The notes below the pieces were generated by a model. That model had not been told where the DNA came from and ran no database searches. It worked only from the letters and a program-made list of their open reading frames with translations. Shown one piece after another: positions 20,163 to 31,389 of a stretch of 64,000 nucleotides of DNA. Numbering within the stretch: the first letter of the stretch is position 1; every line of letters starts with the position of its first letter. The stretch spans positions 1 to 64,000 of the forward strand of contig JAANOX010000188.1 in NCBI GenBank assembly GCA_020184695.1. Reading direction: 5' to 3'. The stretch comes from Histomonas meleagridis 2922-C6/04-290x (taxonomy: Eukaryota > Protista > Parabasalia). Both the position numbers and the translations under genes were made by a program.

Positions 20163-22622
20163 ATGTTGTGGCTTGCGTTATTAAATGTTGTCTCAGCAAC
20201 TTCATTTGGAATCGATCTTGGTTCTGAATACATCAAAGTTAGTATGGCAAAACCAGGAAAAGGTATTCATGTTGCATTGAATCAACAATCAAAACGTCTT
20301 TCACCAACATATTTTGCCATTTGGAACATTAGCAATCCAAAAGAAACAAATCCAAAAGGAAAGCATTGGACATTTAAAGAACTTGAAGAACTTAATTGGG
20401 CATTTCTTGATTCTGCGAAATCACATTCACTACGTTTCCCACAAAACATGGTCAAAGGTGTTTTCCCAATACAGTCTTCTGTTAAAGGCTTTACAAAGCG
20501 TGAAACCACAGCACTTTTATTACGCCATTTAATTTCTGTTATTGATGAATCTCAATGGGTTCCAGAGACGTCCAAATTAATTTTTGCAGTTGATCCATTT
20601 CTTCCTATTTCAGAACGTGTTGCATTAATGGAGTCAGTTTTCATTGCAAATTCCACCATATTTTCAATTATTGATGCACCCACAGCCGCAGCCGAAGTAT
20701 ATGCTCTTGAAAGGCGTTCATTATATTCCACAAAACCTAAGAAAATAATGTTCATAGATATTGGTGCATCCAAAACATGGGCCTCAATCTTTCAATTTAG
20801 TAATGAATCCGACTTGTTAATTGCCCAGGAACTTTCTATTTCAGGCAATTCATCACTTGGCGGCAATTTAATTGATTCCAAACTTTCCGAATTTTTGCTT
20901 CAAAAATTTGTTGAAATCAACAAAATCGAGAAGCCAACAAATGAACGTTTTCTGTTACGTTTCCAAGAAGAATCACGTCGAATTAAAGAACAACTTTCAC
21001 TTAATCACAAAGTTGACATTCAACTTGAAGACATCATTGATGAATATGGACTTCAATACCAACTAACGCGTGAAGAATTTGATTCATTAATCACCGAATT
21101 TAATGTATCTTTAACCAATCTCTTTAACACTGCAATTCACAAAGCGAACATTACTATTAATGAATTGGACTCGATTGAACTTATTGGCGGCACAACACGT
21201 ATACCATATTTACAAGAAATACTTTTAAATTTATCCAAAATGAGCAAACTAAATCGAACTCTTAATTCCGATGAAGTTATCTCTATTGGCGCAGGTTATA
21301 TTGGTGCAATACTTGGACGAGAATTTGTAGTACGTCCAGTTGTTATTGATTCATTTATTAATTCTAACATAACAATACGACATAATAACAAAACAATACA
21401 AATATTTAATGAAAGTTCACGAATATATGAAACATATACATATGAATATAACTCTACTGAGAATTCACCAATTTCATTAATTGCTGATAAGAAATTATTA
21501 ACAATTAATGTAAACATACCAAAGAATTTCACTGAGAATGTAATTGTTCAATTAAATATTTCATTTAATTCTTGTACGATACCTTATGTATCAGGTGTTA
21601 CACTTAATGGTTCTATAAATAACGATGTTAATTTCGTTAAAGATAATTGGACAATGCAACTCGATGAATATAAATATGGATTAAAATTAATAGCTGTGAT
21701 GGATCATATAGTTAAAGAACGTGAAAATTATCAAAAAATTAATAACGATTATGAAAGTTATATCTATAAAATTAAAAATAATTTGAATTATGATAACGTG
21801 TATAAGAAAGTTGTGAATGAAACTGAACGTGAAAACATTTTAAATATTATCGATAAAAACCAAAAATTCCTTTTAAAGGATCGAAATAATCAACAAATTC
21901 CAATAAAGAAATTAATATATAAATTCGAATTATTTAGAAATCAAACACAAAAAATAGTGAATCGAGTTAACGAATATATCAAAAGAGCTCCGGCATTTAA
22001 TAGTTTAAACATTACATTAAATATGTTACATAACGCAATCACCGTCAATTGGCCGAAACTAAAGCCGTGGATACCAAAGGAGAAAATCGACGAAGTTTGG
22101 AGCGTGTACAACAATACGAAATTGTGGCTCAACGAGAAATATAATGAGCAAAGAAAAGTTCCAGATACAGAAGACCCAATCGTGCTCGTGTCCGAAATCA
22201 ACATGAAGAAGCTGGTGCTCGAATACGCATACAACTCAACGAACAGAATACCAAAGCCAATGACGAAAGAGGAAAATGCAAATAAGGAAAATAATAATAA
22301 TAAAAAAGAAGAAGTAAACAACGAAAAGAAAGAAAATAATAATAAGAACGAAAATGTAAATAAGGAAAATAATAATAATAAAAAAGAAGAAGTAAACAAC
22401 GAAAAGAAAGAAAATAATAATAAGAACGAAAATGTAAATAAGGAAAATAATAATGAAAATAATAATAAAAAAGAAGAAGTAAACAATGAAAAGAAAGAAA
22501 ATAATAATAAGAACGAAAATGCAAATAAGGAAAATAATAATGATAATGAAAATGTAAACAACGAAAAGAAAGAAGAGAACGAGAAAAATGAGGGAAAAGT
22601 AGCAACGGAAGACGAACTATAA
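20163..22622 (+). CDS. ER-luminal large Hsp70 (Grp170/HYOU1/Lhs1-like)
   Basis: Signal peptide, GIDLGSEYIKVS, NQQSKRLSP, IDIGASKT, LGGNLID, ELIGGTTRIP, LNSDE, and a C-terminal EDEL retention signal. Confidence 0.88.
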   Translation: MLWLALLNVVSATSFGIDLGSEYIKVSMAKPGKGIHVALNQQSKRLSPTYFAIWNISNPKETNPKGKHWTFKELEELNWAFLDSAKSHSLRFPQNMVKGVFPIQSSVKGFTKRETTALLLRHLISVIDESQWVPETSKLIFAVDPFLPISERVALMESVFIANSTIFSIIDAPTAAAEVYALERRSLYSTKPKKIMFIDIGASKTWASIFQFSNESDLLIAQELSISGNSSLGGNLIDSKLSEFLLQKFVEINKIEKPTNERFLLRFQEESRRIKEQLSLNHKVDIQLEDIIDEYGLQYQLTREEFDSLITEFNVSLTNLFNTAIHKANITINELDSIELIGGTTRIPYLQEILLNLSKMSKLNRTLNSDEVISIGAGYIGAILGREFVVRPVVIDSFINSNITIRHNNKTIQIFNESSRIYETYTYEYNSTENSPISLIADKKLLTINVNIPKNFTENVIVQLNISFNSCTIPYVSGVTLNGSINNDVNFVKDNWTMQLDEYKYGLKLIAVMDHIVKERENYQKINNDYESYIYKIKNNLNYDNVYKKVVNETERENILNIIDKNQKFLLKDRNNQQIPIKKLIYKFELFRNQTQKIVNRVNEYIKRAPAFNSLNITLNMLHNAITVNWPKLKPWIPKEKIDEVWSVYNNTKLWLNEKYNEQRKVPDTEDPIVLVSEINMKKLVLEYAYNSTNRIPKPMTKEENANKENNNNKKEEVNNEKKENNNKNENVNKENNNNKKEEVNNEKKENNNKNENVNKENNNENNNKKEEVNNEKKENNNKNENANKENNNDNENVNNEKKEENEKNEGKVATEDEL
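22275..22600 (+). repeat. 78-bp in-frame coding repeat (N/E/K-rich) in the Hsp70 tail
   Basis: NKENNNNKKEEVNNEKKENNNKNENV occurs ~3.5 times; aataaggaaa at 22281, 22359 and 22437. Confidence 0.9.
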
Positions 22623-22787
22623 ATAAATATTTATAAAACATAGCATTAATAAACATTGTGAAATATAAATAATTTATAATTCTTAAGATTTAACTTTTTT
22701 TTGCGCAAATCATCGTTTCGTTTGGAATTCAAAAGAAACCGATCGACTTTCAATCAAATTTAGGCCGTTTGATAATTGGGTGCATTC

Positions 22788-25700
22788 ATGTTTTTTTTCT
22801 TTTTTTCATTACACACATTCCAGATTTTCATACAAGAAAATTACACATTAATCATTCTTGATAAGAGTGATTTTACAGAAGATTATAAGAGTATGACTAA
22901 ACATATTCTCTTCCAAGGAGATGTAGTTTCGATAATAAATAACGCATTTTCTGATTGGCCTTCCCTTATTTCAGTATAAGTTGGAAGTTCTATTATTTCA
23001 ATTGGCAATTATTCCTTTTCAGGCTGTTCCAATTTAGAAACAATTACTTTTGGCGAAAACTTAGAAACAATTGGATCCTATTCATTTTTTTCATGTGTAA
23101 AATTAGTTAGCTTATTCAATACCGAATCTGTTATTTCAATTGGATCTTTTGCATTTTCCTCATGTAAACTTTTAGAAACTGCAAGCTTTACAAGTGTCTC
23201 TTTCATTGGTGTTCAAAGCTTTTCGACTTGTGATAGTCTCAAAACAATTTCATTTCCAAATCTTAAAAATTGTTCATCATCAAGTTTTTTCCAATGTTAT
23301 ACCTTATTGTCTATTGAACTGCCTATTCTTCATACCATTAAATCTTATTGCTTTTCAAATTGTAAACAATTACAAATTGCCAAATTCCCTCAAGTTGAAT
23401 TTATTTCTGAATTTGCATTTTCAGAATGTATCAGACTTTCATCGATAACATTTCCAAATGTTTTATATATTAGCGATAGTGCATTTCTTAACTGTAATTC
23501 ATTAACAAAATGTACATTTCCAAAACTCATTGAAGTTGGATCAAATGCATTTAATGGCTGTAAATCACTTCAAACATTTGAAGCTCCTAATTTACTTAAT
23601 TGTAGTAGCGATTTATTAATCGGAGTAAGCACAACGATTAATATTAGTTTACCAAGTTTAAAGTTTGCTCCTGATTATTTATTTTCTAATTTAAACATTG
23701 TGAATATTACTCTTTCTAACTGTGTTAAACTTGGAAGTTATTGTTTTTCTAATACTAATTTTAATTTACAAGAAGAAGAATATTTAATCTTTGAAAGTTT
23801 AGAAGAAATTGGAAATTATTGTTTTTATAAATGTACAAATTTGTATAAAATTAATTTCCAAAATGTTAAATTCATTGGTGAAAATTCTTTTTCTAATTGT
23901 GTTTCACTTGATGGTGTTTCGTTAAATTCACTTGAAACATGTTCGAATAAAGCATTTGAAAGTTGTCTAAATTTAAAATTTGTTGAACTTCCAAATTTAT
24001 TATATCTTGGAGATGAAGTATTCAAAGATACAAATGTTAATAATTTTTTTGCAGAAAATTTAATTGAAATTGGTAATAAATGTTTTGTAAATAAATCTAA
24101 TTTAATCATAAATATACCAAATGCAAAAAAAGTTGGAGATGAATGTTTTTATAATACAAAAATCCATCGTTTCTATGCTCCAAATATAACAAAAATTGGA
24201 AGAAAATGTTTCGCTTATAGTGACTTAACTGTTGAAAGCTTTTATTTAGTAATTGATGTTGAAGAATATGCATTTCAATCATGTAAAGAATTAAAAAATA
24301 TCGGATTTCCCAAATTAACATATGTAAAACCATTTACTTTCGAAAATTGTATAAATTTAAAGAATATATTTCTTATTTCATTAAATTATATTGGGGATTA
24401 TGCATTCGCAAATTGTAATTCATTAGTTATTCTAAAATATTTTTCTCAAAAATTGATAACAATTGGAAACAATGTATTTGAAAATTGTCATTCATTAACA
24501 GAAATTGATTTTCCAAAACTGCAAAACATTGGAAATAATACATTTTATAATTGTACCTCTCTTAAAGAAGTTTCTCTTCCAAATATAATAACAATTGGAA
24601 ACAATGTATTTGAAAATTGTCATTCATTATTAAAATTTGATTTACCAAATCTTCAAAACATTGGAAATAATACATTTTATAATTGTACCTCTCTTAAAGA
24701 AGTTTCTCTTCCAAATATAATAACAATTGGAAACAATGTATTTGAAAATTGTCATTCATTATTAAAATTTGATTTACCAAATCTTCAAAACATTGGAAAT
24801 AATACATTTTATAATTGTGACTCTCTTAAAGAAGTTTCTCTTCCAAATATAACAATAATTGGAAACAACGCATTTGAAAATTGTCATTCATTAACAGAAA
24901 TTAATTTTCCAAAACTGCAAAACATTGGAAATAATACATTTTATAATTGTACCTCTCTTAAAGAAGTTTCTCTTCCAAATATAATAACAATTGGAAACAA
25001 TGTATTTGAAAATTGTCATTCATTATTAAAATTTGATTTACCAAATCTTCAAAACATTGGAAATAATACATTTTATAATTGTGACTCTCTTAAAGAAGTT
25101 TCTCTTCCAAATATAACAATAATTGGAAACAACGCATTTGAAAATTGTCATTCATTAACAGAAATTAATTTTCCAAAACTGCAAAACATTGGAAATAATA
25201 CATTTTATAATTGCACCTCTCTTAAAGAAGTTTCTCTTCCAAATATAATAACAATTGGAAACAGTGCATTTGAAAATTGTCATTTATTAACTAAAACCAA
25301 TTTTATAAATGTCCAAAATATTGAAGATAATTCATTTTGTAATTGCACTTCTCTCGAAATTATTTCATTTTCTAATGTAACAACGCTTGGAATTTCAGCA
25401 TTTGAACATTGTCAAAATCTTTCTACAGTAATTTTACCAATATTAACAACGATTCCAAAATATTGTTTTTCATATTGTATTAATCTTAAAAACATTTCTA
25501 TCAAAAGCGCGAAACATATTTCTCCATATTCATTTTCACACTGTTATAGTCTTGAAATGTTTAATTCAAATCTTGTAAGAGAAATTGAAGATAATTCATT
25601 TGAATATTGTATTTCACTTAAAACCATTATATTAAATAACTTAAATCAAATTGATGGTGACTCATGTTTTAAAGGCTGTGTATCACTTACTTTTATACAT

Positions 25701-26174
25701 TTTCCTTTATTAAATACTGTGTTAAAAAATGCAGAAAACATTTTTGAAAATTGTTCTTCGTTATCAGTTGTTTCTTTTCCTGAAAGTCCTCCTGACTTCA
25801 ATGAGAAAATATTTTCAAGAACATATCGAAAGAAAGTTCAGAAGAAAGGAATATATGTTTATGACATAACTTTATGTTTACCTTTTATTCAAAATTATCA
25901 AAATTATGACTTGCAAAAGAATAAAATATGGAATGAAATCCTTGCAACACAACCTGATGATTATTTCGACGTTTGCATATACACTAATGATCAAAAGGAT
26001 AACAAAAATGGACTTATCATCGGACTTACTGTGGGATTATCTGTATTTGTAGTGATTTTAATAATTTTAATTGTAAAGGTTTTCATTCTGTTATATAAAA
26101 GAAGAAATTATTTAAGAAACAAAATTGATAGCCAGATTTTAATATCTTCTTCTGTGATTCAAGACTTTGGGTGA
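22788..26174 (+). pseudogene. BspA-like LRR membrane protein with a single in-frame TAA at 22977-22979
   Basis: The frame of ORF 22776-22979 continues open after the stop (VGSSIISIGNYSFSGCSNLETI...) and joins ORF 23307-26174 in the same frame. C-terminal TM present. Confidence 0.8.
24459..25290 (+). repeat. Near-identical 132-bp (2x22-aa LRR) array with a 264-bp higher-order duplication
   Basis: attggaaacaa(t/c)g recurs every 132 bp. The block LKFDL/CDS + TEINF/CTS (24723-24986) is repeated at 24987-25250. Confidence 0.92.
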
Positions 26175-26813
26175 CATGGAACACATGCGTTTTCTCTCAG
26201 AAATAAAATCTATAAAATCACCAAATATTTGCACATGTTTATTTCTTAATAAAAATATCAAAAATATTTTGTCGTTAATGTTTATTTTTGGTATCATTAG
26301 TCAGATAAAATAGTGTTTTATATTTTGGATAAAAATAAAATCAATTTTTTACGCTTAGGGTTTAAAGGAGTTTGAGCATATTTTCTAATGTTTAGATATA
26401 AAAATATGTACCTCTGTGGGAAGAGATCTCCCCAATATGAAAAACCTTTAAAAAGGCCTAAGATAGACTTTTAAAATCGAATTTTCTCAAACAGCATCTT
26501 TATATTTTGTTCTATTTTGATAGATTTAACTTTTCTAATGATCAAAAAAGATTTTATTAATTCCATATTTTTATGTACAACATTTTCCATTATGAAATGA
26601 TTTTGGAAAAAAAAAAAAAAAAAAAAAAAAAATCAAACAACCATACCAATAACCCAATTGATTACTGTAAGCAAAAAATTAATAACGTCATTATATTTAA
26701 AAAACAAAAGATTTGACATTTGTTTTTCTGCATGTTTTAATCGTTTTTTCCACTTGGAATTGGGGTGCTCCAAATAATATGAATCGGCTAACTTAAAAGT
26801 GTCAAAATTTCGA

Positions 26814-27953
26814 ATGTTTGGTAAAAACAAAAATAACAATACGTCGCAAAACGAACGGGAAAAATGGGAAGATGCTTTTTGGAAATTTGGGATTCCTCGA
26901 TCAAAGCTTTATTCAATGAGTGAAGATGAATTTAATGAAACATGTGAATTCATAATTGAAGCTGGGGGTTCCCCAGGGGAAAATGGTAACATAAAAAGCG
27001 AAGATGATGAGCTTCAACGTGCGCTTCAAGAATCAATGCGTGATTTTAACTCTCAGCCACCATCTCCATTGCCATCAAATAATGAAGATGAAGACTTCAA
27101 GCGCGCATTACAAGAGTCCATGAATGACGTTCAAAACAAACCCCAGTGGGGATCATCTTTTTCTCCAAAACCATCATTTGAATCTTCCAATGAAGATGAA
27201 GACCTTAAACGCGCATTACAAGAATCCATGAAGGACGCACCTCCCAAGCCACAACCATCTCCATCAAACACAGATAATGAAGATATAGACCATAAACGCT
27301 CACTTCAAGAATCCATGAATGATTCACCGTCCAAGCCGCAGCCCCTTCCACTTCCACAGCGTCTCCAATTTCCGCCACGCACCGAATCAATTCCAGCCGA
27401 AGACGACGAAGACCTTCAGCGTGCCATCCAGAGCTCCCTGCAGGAGACGACGTATCAGCCCGGTGCTCCCGCGCCCACTTATGAGTTCCCGCAGCGTCAG
27501 ACGTCAACGCAGCGCATCCACAACGAGCAGGACCGGGAATACGAGCTTGCGATGGAGCAAGCGAAGCGTCGCGAGCAAGAGGACGCAGTCAAGCTTCTCG
27601 AGGAGGAGAGTAATAAGGAGTTCCAAGCTGAAATCCAGCGCGCCGAGAAGGACTCTATTGATGAGATATACGCGCAACTGGTCAACGCAGCGAAGGAACT
27701 TCCCGACGCGCCGAACGGCATTGCGATCTGCCTGAAGATGCCTTCTGGCGCGCGGGTGACGCGGAAATTCGATGCGAAATGCGCCGGGCAATTACATACA
27801 TTTGTTAAGGGACAGGAGGAAATGTTCGATGAGGAGAAACGACCATTGGAGTTCACCATCAATTTGCCACAGGGAGGAGAAATCATTGCGGAGAAGACAC
27901 TCGAGGAACAGGGAATAACGCGAAGGGTAATGCTGAATGTTGTTCTTGAGTAA
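26814..27953 (+). CDS. Multi-UIM plus UBX domain protein (p97/Cdc48 adaptor)
   Basis: Five EDEDL(K/Q)RA(L/I)QES(M/L) UIM-like motifs, a coiled coil, and a C-terminal UBX-like domain (IAICLKMPSGARVTRKF...FTINLP..LEEQGI). Confidence 0.82.
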   Translation: MFGKNKNNNTSQNEREKWEDAFWKFGIPRSKLYSMSEDEFNETCEFIIEAGGSPGENGNIKSEDDELQRALQESMRDFNSQPPSPLPSNNEDEDFKRALQESMNDVQNKPQWGSSFSPKPSFESSNEDEDLKRALQESMKDAPPKPQPSPSNTDNEDIDHKRSLQESMNDSPSKPQPLPLPQRLQFPPRTESIPAEDDEDLQRAIQSSLQETTYQPGAPAPTYEFPQRQTSTQRIHNEQDREYELAMEQAKRREQEDAVKLLEEESNKEFQAEIQRAEKDSIDEIYAQLVNAAKELPDAPNGIAICLKMPSGARVTRKFDAKCAGQLHTFVKGQEEMFDEEKRPLEFTINLPQGGEIIAEKTLEEQGITRRVMLNVVLE

Positions 27954-28136
27954 ACTCAGAATGTGGCAGAGAAAGAAACAGTTATTAGGAAAATAAAGAA
28001 AAAGAAAAATTATAAATTTGTAATTTCACATTATCTCATTGACTTTATTTGATGTTAATGTCTCATTGCGTTTGTTTGTGCGTCAGCTGTTAATACTTGC
28101 GATAGAACTCATTTTGATGACAAAAGATGGGAAGAT

Positions 28137-28380
28137 CAGAACGACGATGTGTTTGGAAAAAAGTGTACTGATATTTCAGAAATTGTTACGGCTCATTGTA
28201 ATTGTTATTATACAACTTGCAAAACTAAATATCCGAAAAAGTGAACAGTGCAAAAGCAAACAGAACAAAGTAGCCAACGAGAAAAACAGAATATCCAAAA
28301 AGTGACGTGCGCAAACGATAGGAATTTCAGAACGACGATGTGTTTGGAAAAAAATGTACTGATAATTCATAAATTGTTAG
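28137..28380. repeat. ~52-bp dispersed direct repeat pair, 191 bp apart
   Basis: cagaacgacgatgtgtttggaaaaaa(g/a)tgtactgata(t/a)ttca(g/t)aaattgtta at 28137 and 28328. Confidence 0.9.
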
Positions 28381-29877
28381 TAAACCAAGAAAAAAAAATG
28401 TAATTAAGATTAAATTTAAATAATCCGAATGAGTAACACATATATCCTGTGCATGTTGGATATCACGTAATTGTTACACGGTTTGGATGTATAAGATGAT
28501 TTCACAAAGACTGGTCTGAAATGATGTTGGTTCTTAGCATATTGTGGATCAATGACTGGTGTTGACTTAAGAGCTGCTTCAGCATCAAGTGTTTTACGTG
28601 GAGGACAATTGATATTTATTGGAATAAACAGATACTCAAACTTCAAATCATGCATATTTTTTCAAGGATAATTTTATGTTAATAATGGCATCTGTAGAAC
28701 CATACAAAAATACCCTCGTTATGAAATTTTGATTGTTCAATCTTTGGATATGATTTTGCCATACTTTTTCGGAAATTTTGGAATATTTCCTAAATAGCAA
28801 TATTGCTATGTTAGATATGTTTAATTTCTAAACTATTATCTTGTATCATTTTTATTGAAATTTGTTGTTGCTTAAATGGGAAATTTCTCGAAAATGTACA
28901 AAAGAATTTTGATAAAACCTTTTTAATACATATTGATTGTATTCTTTTTATGGTATTTCAAATTTTAAAATGCCATTGTGAAATTTTTTGTAACAAACCG
29001 AAATAATATCATATGAAAAAATAATTAAACATGGAGTAAAATTTTATATAACAACAATTACATTTTAACTTTACTATTATTTGATAATAAATGAACCAAA
29101 ATATTCAATTATGACCAAAAATATTTCAATATTTTAAGAATTTTTTAAAAAATCAGTCAATCAATTTGCAATTTCAAATTTTTTTAAAATGAATTCATTT
29201 TACATATTATTCACATATTATTAATCATCTTCATTTTTTGGGCGTTTTTTTTCGCTCACACAACTCTGAAAAATCAAAATTCTGGTGAAGTAAGAAAAGC
29301 CGATAGGAAAAGGTTATTTTATATCTGTTTTTTTGTTGCTGAAATTTCTATTGATTGCTTGTGATTTTTTGTTTCTGGGTTTTTATCATAATCTATTGTT
29401 TCTTAAGCTATCGAAATATATTTTTGTCTTTCTATCATGAATGTGGGAAATTTATAAAAATTTATAAATATTTTCTTGATAAATTTTCTTAGCCATTATT
29501 AAATCAGATATAGATTGCATAGTTTCTCTGAATTTATAGGTTTAGAATTGATATCTTTATCTGCATTATCTTTAATTATTCAAGGATGATCGATTTATAA
29601 TATATTAATTCAGGAATTCCGATATAAATAGTGAGACGTATGTAAGTGGTGATTCTTTTTTATATTTTTTAGAATGATTACATATATTTTGTACCTCTCA
29701 CCCCAATTTTTGAGCACTTTTCGACCATCGAAATATGAATATCTTGGTAAATCATTAAAATTAAGCAATATAATATATATAATATATACACATTAATATT
29801 TACTTTATTTTGATATTATAGCTAGAAAAAAAAAAAAAAAAAACAGCCACTTCATAGAACTCTTTAGAAACAATTTA

Positions 29878-31290
29878 GGTTAGGATGCAGAACGCCCTCC
29901 ATTTTGCGGTTTTTGAATGATAGGAAATTTGAAAGGAAAAAAAATGGCAATAAAAATATCCGACTTTTGATAAGGAGATCAAAGTCATTTCAAAAAGTGA
30001 ATAATGGCAAAATATCTTATTGGGGGGGGTCTGATACACTCCGAAATCATTATTCTAATAAAAATATTTTAAATTATGATTAGTTTATTAAGAAATTTCA
30101 CCAATTATTGCTTTCCAGCATTTTTCAAATGTATTTCCTATATTTCTTCGAAAGCACCATCCATGGATATATGATTCGAGATAATTTCTATCTCTAAATC
30201 CATTTTTTTGAGATATCCTTTTATTAGATTCCATGTACCTTTTATTTTTTGAGTATTTGCCTCAGTAATTGGATCTACAAAATTTTCTGAGTGATTTACT
30301 GTTTTGTGTACATAACCTAAATCACTAAGAGTATTATATGCCTTCCATTCATCAGACCAAATTTCTGAATTAGGTCTAACTGTTGAACAAATAATTGGAA
30401 TGAGAACTTCTTTCGATCTATTTTCGCAAATCTCAGCGACAACTTTCATTGTTTTACTGTCTATTTCGCCAAAAACCCAAATTTCTTTTTCCAATGCACT
30501 TCCTTTGTTGTATTTAGCACCGAAAAAATGACTCTCATCAATTTCGACTATTCCATCACCAAGTAAATTCTGAGCTATATCTTTTCGATATTCTTTTTCT
30601 GCAATAGATCGAAAAGTTTGAAATCATGTTATTAATGATCGTTCACATACACCTGTAATTTTAGATGTAGTTCTTATATCAAAACCTTCTACCCAACATG
30701 CTAAAATGTGAACAAATCCCCTTAATGAAAGTTTTGATTGTGATACCCATGAATCTAATCTGATTGATTTTGAATTTCTGCATTTACTTGAGCAGCATCT
30801 ATATGCAGCACCATCAGGGTAACTTGGTGAAAAATAAACTTTCATTAACGATTGACATTTCGGACATATTTGAATTTGGTGGATATCAGGAATGATTCCC
30901 TGCTCAGAGGCCCATTTGATGAAGCTTTTGTCATTTAATTTTAACACTTTCTTAATGGTTTCGAATTGCAATTGCATCAATAAAAAAATGATCGACTTTT
31001 TGACTACTTTACAAACAAAAAATATGAATAAATTTTTATCGATAACCGTTATAATAAATCTTATATTTTTTATTTGATAACTTGAATATTATCGTTATGT
31101 CAAATATTTTGTCTGTCAAAATATATATATTAATATGTATCAAATGCGAGCAACTTCGTTTTTCAATGGATAACGATCGAAACCGGCCGTCAGGATGATG
31201 GATGGGGTGCCCTAATGTGGCATTTCTATTTTTCCTCAAATTTCCTATCGTTCAAAAACCGCAAAATGGAGGGCGTTTTGCATCAGAGCC
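29878..31290 (-). mobile_element. Merlin (IS1595/ISXO2-like) DNA transposon, 1413 bp, ~55-bp TIRs, 8-bp TSD acaattta
   Basis: Left TIR ggttaggatgcagaacgccctccattttgcggtttttgaatgataggaaatttga matches the reverse complement of 31236-31290. TSD at 29870-29877 and 31291-31298. Internal ISXO2-type transposase. Confidence 0.95.
30088..30980 (-). pseudogene. Inactivated ISXO2/Merlin transposase
   Basis: Zn ribbon CPKC..YRCC..C, VEIDES, WVFG, IWSDEWKAY, HKTVNHSENFVDP. In-frame TGA at 30624-30626, catalytic E replaced by K (NTQKIKGTW), and a 3' frameshift. Confidence 0.9.
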
Positions 31291-31389
31291 ACAATTTAAA
31301 ATAAAGTGATCATAAATTCATCAGAATATCTTTATTTTCTCGGTTTGAGTACATTATTTTATATTCTTCTTATTTTTTGAACATCAATT

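Noticed and set aside
21941-22656. Antisense and alternate-frame ORFs (also 27205-27886, 9077-9316, 17633-17926 and others)
   Set aside because: These are shadows of low-complexity or GC-rich coding sequence on the other strand or frame, with no independent motifs.
26607-26632. Long poly(A) tract as a retroposon tail (also 29826-29843)
   Set aside because: No TSD or retrocopy body was recognised next to it.
28416-28655. Short ORF MHDLKFEYLF...
   Set aside because: No recognisable domain and no open upstream frame; it cannot be supported as a gene.
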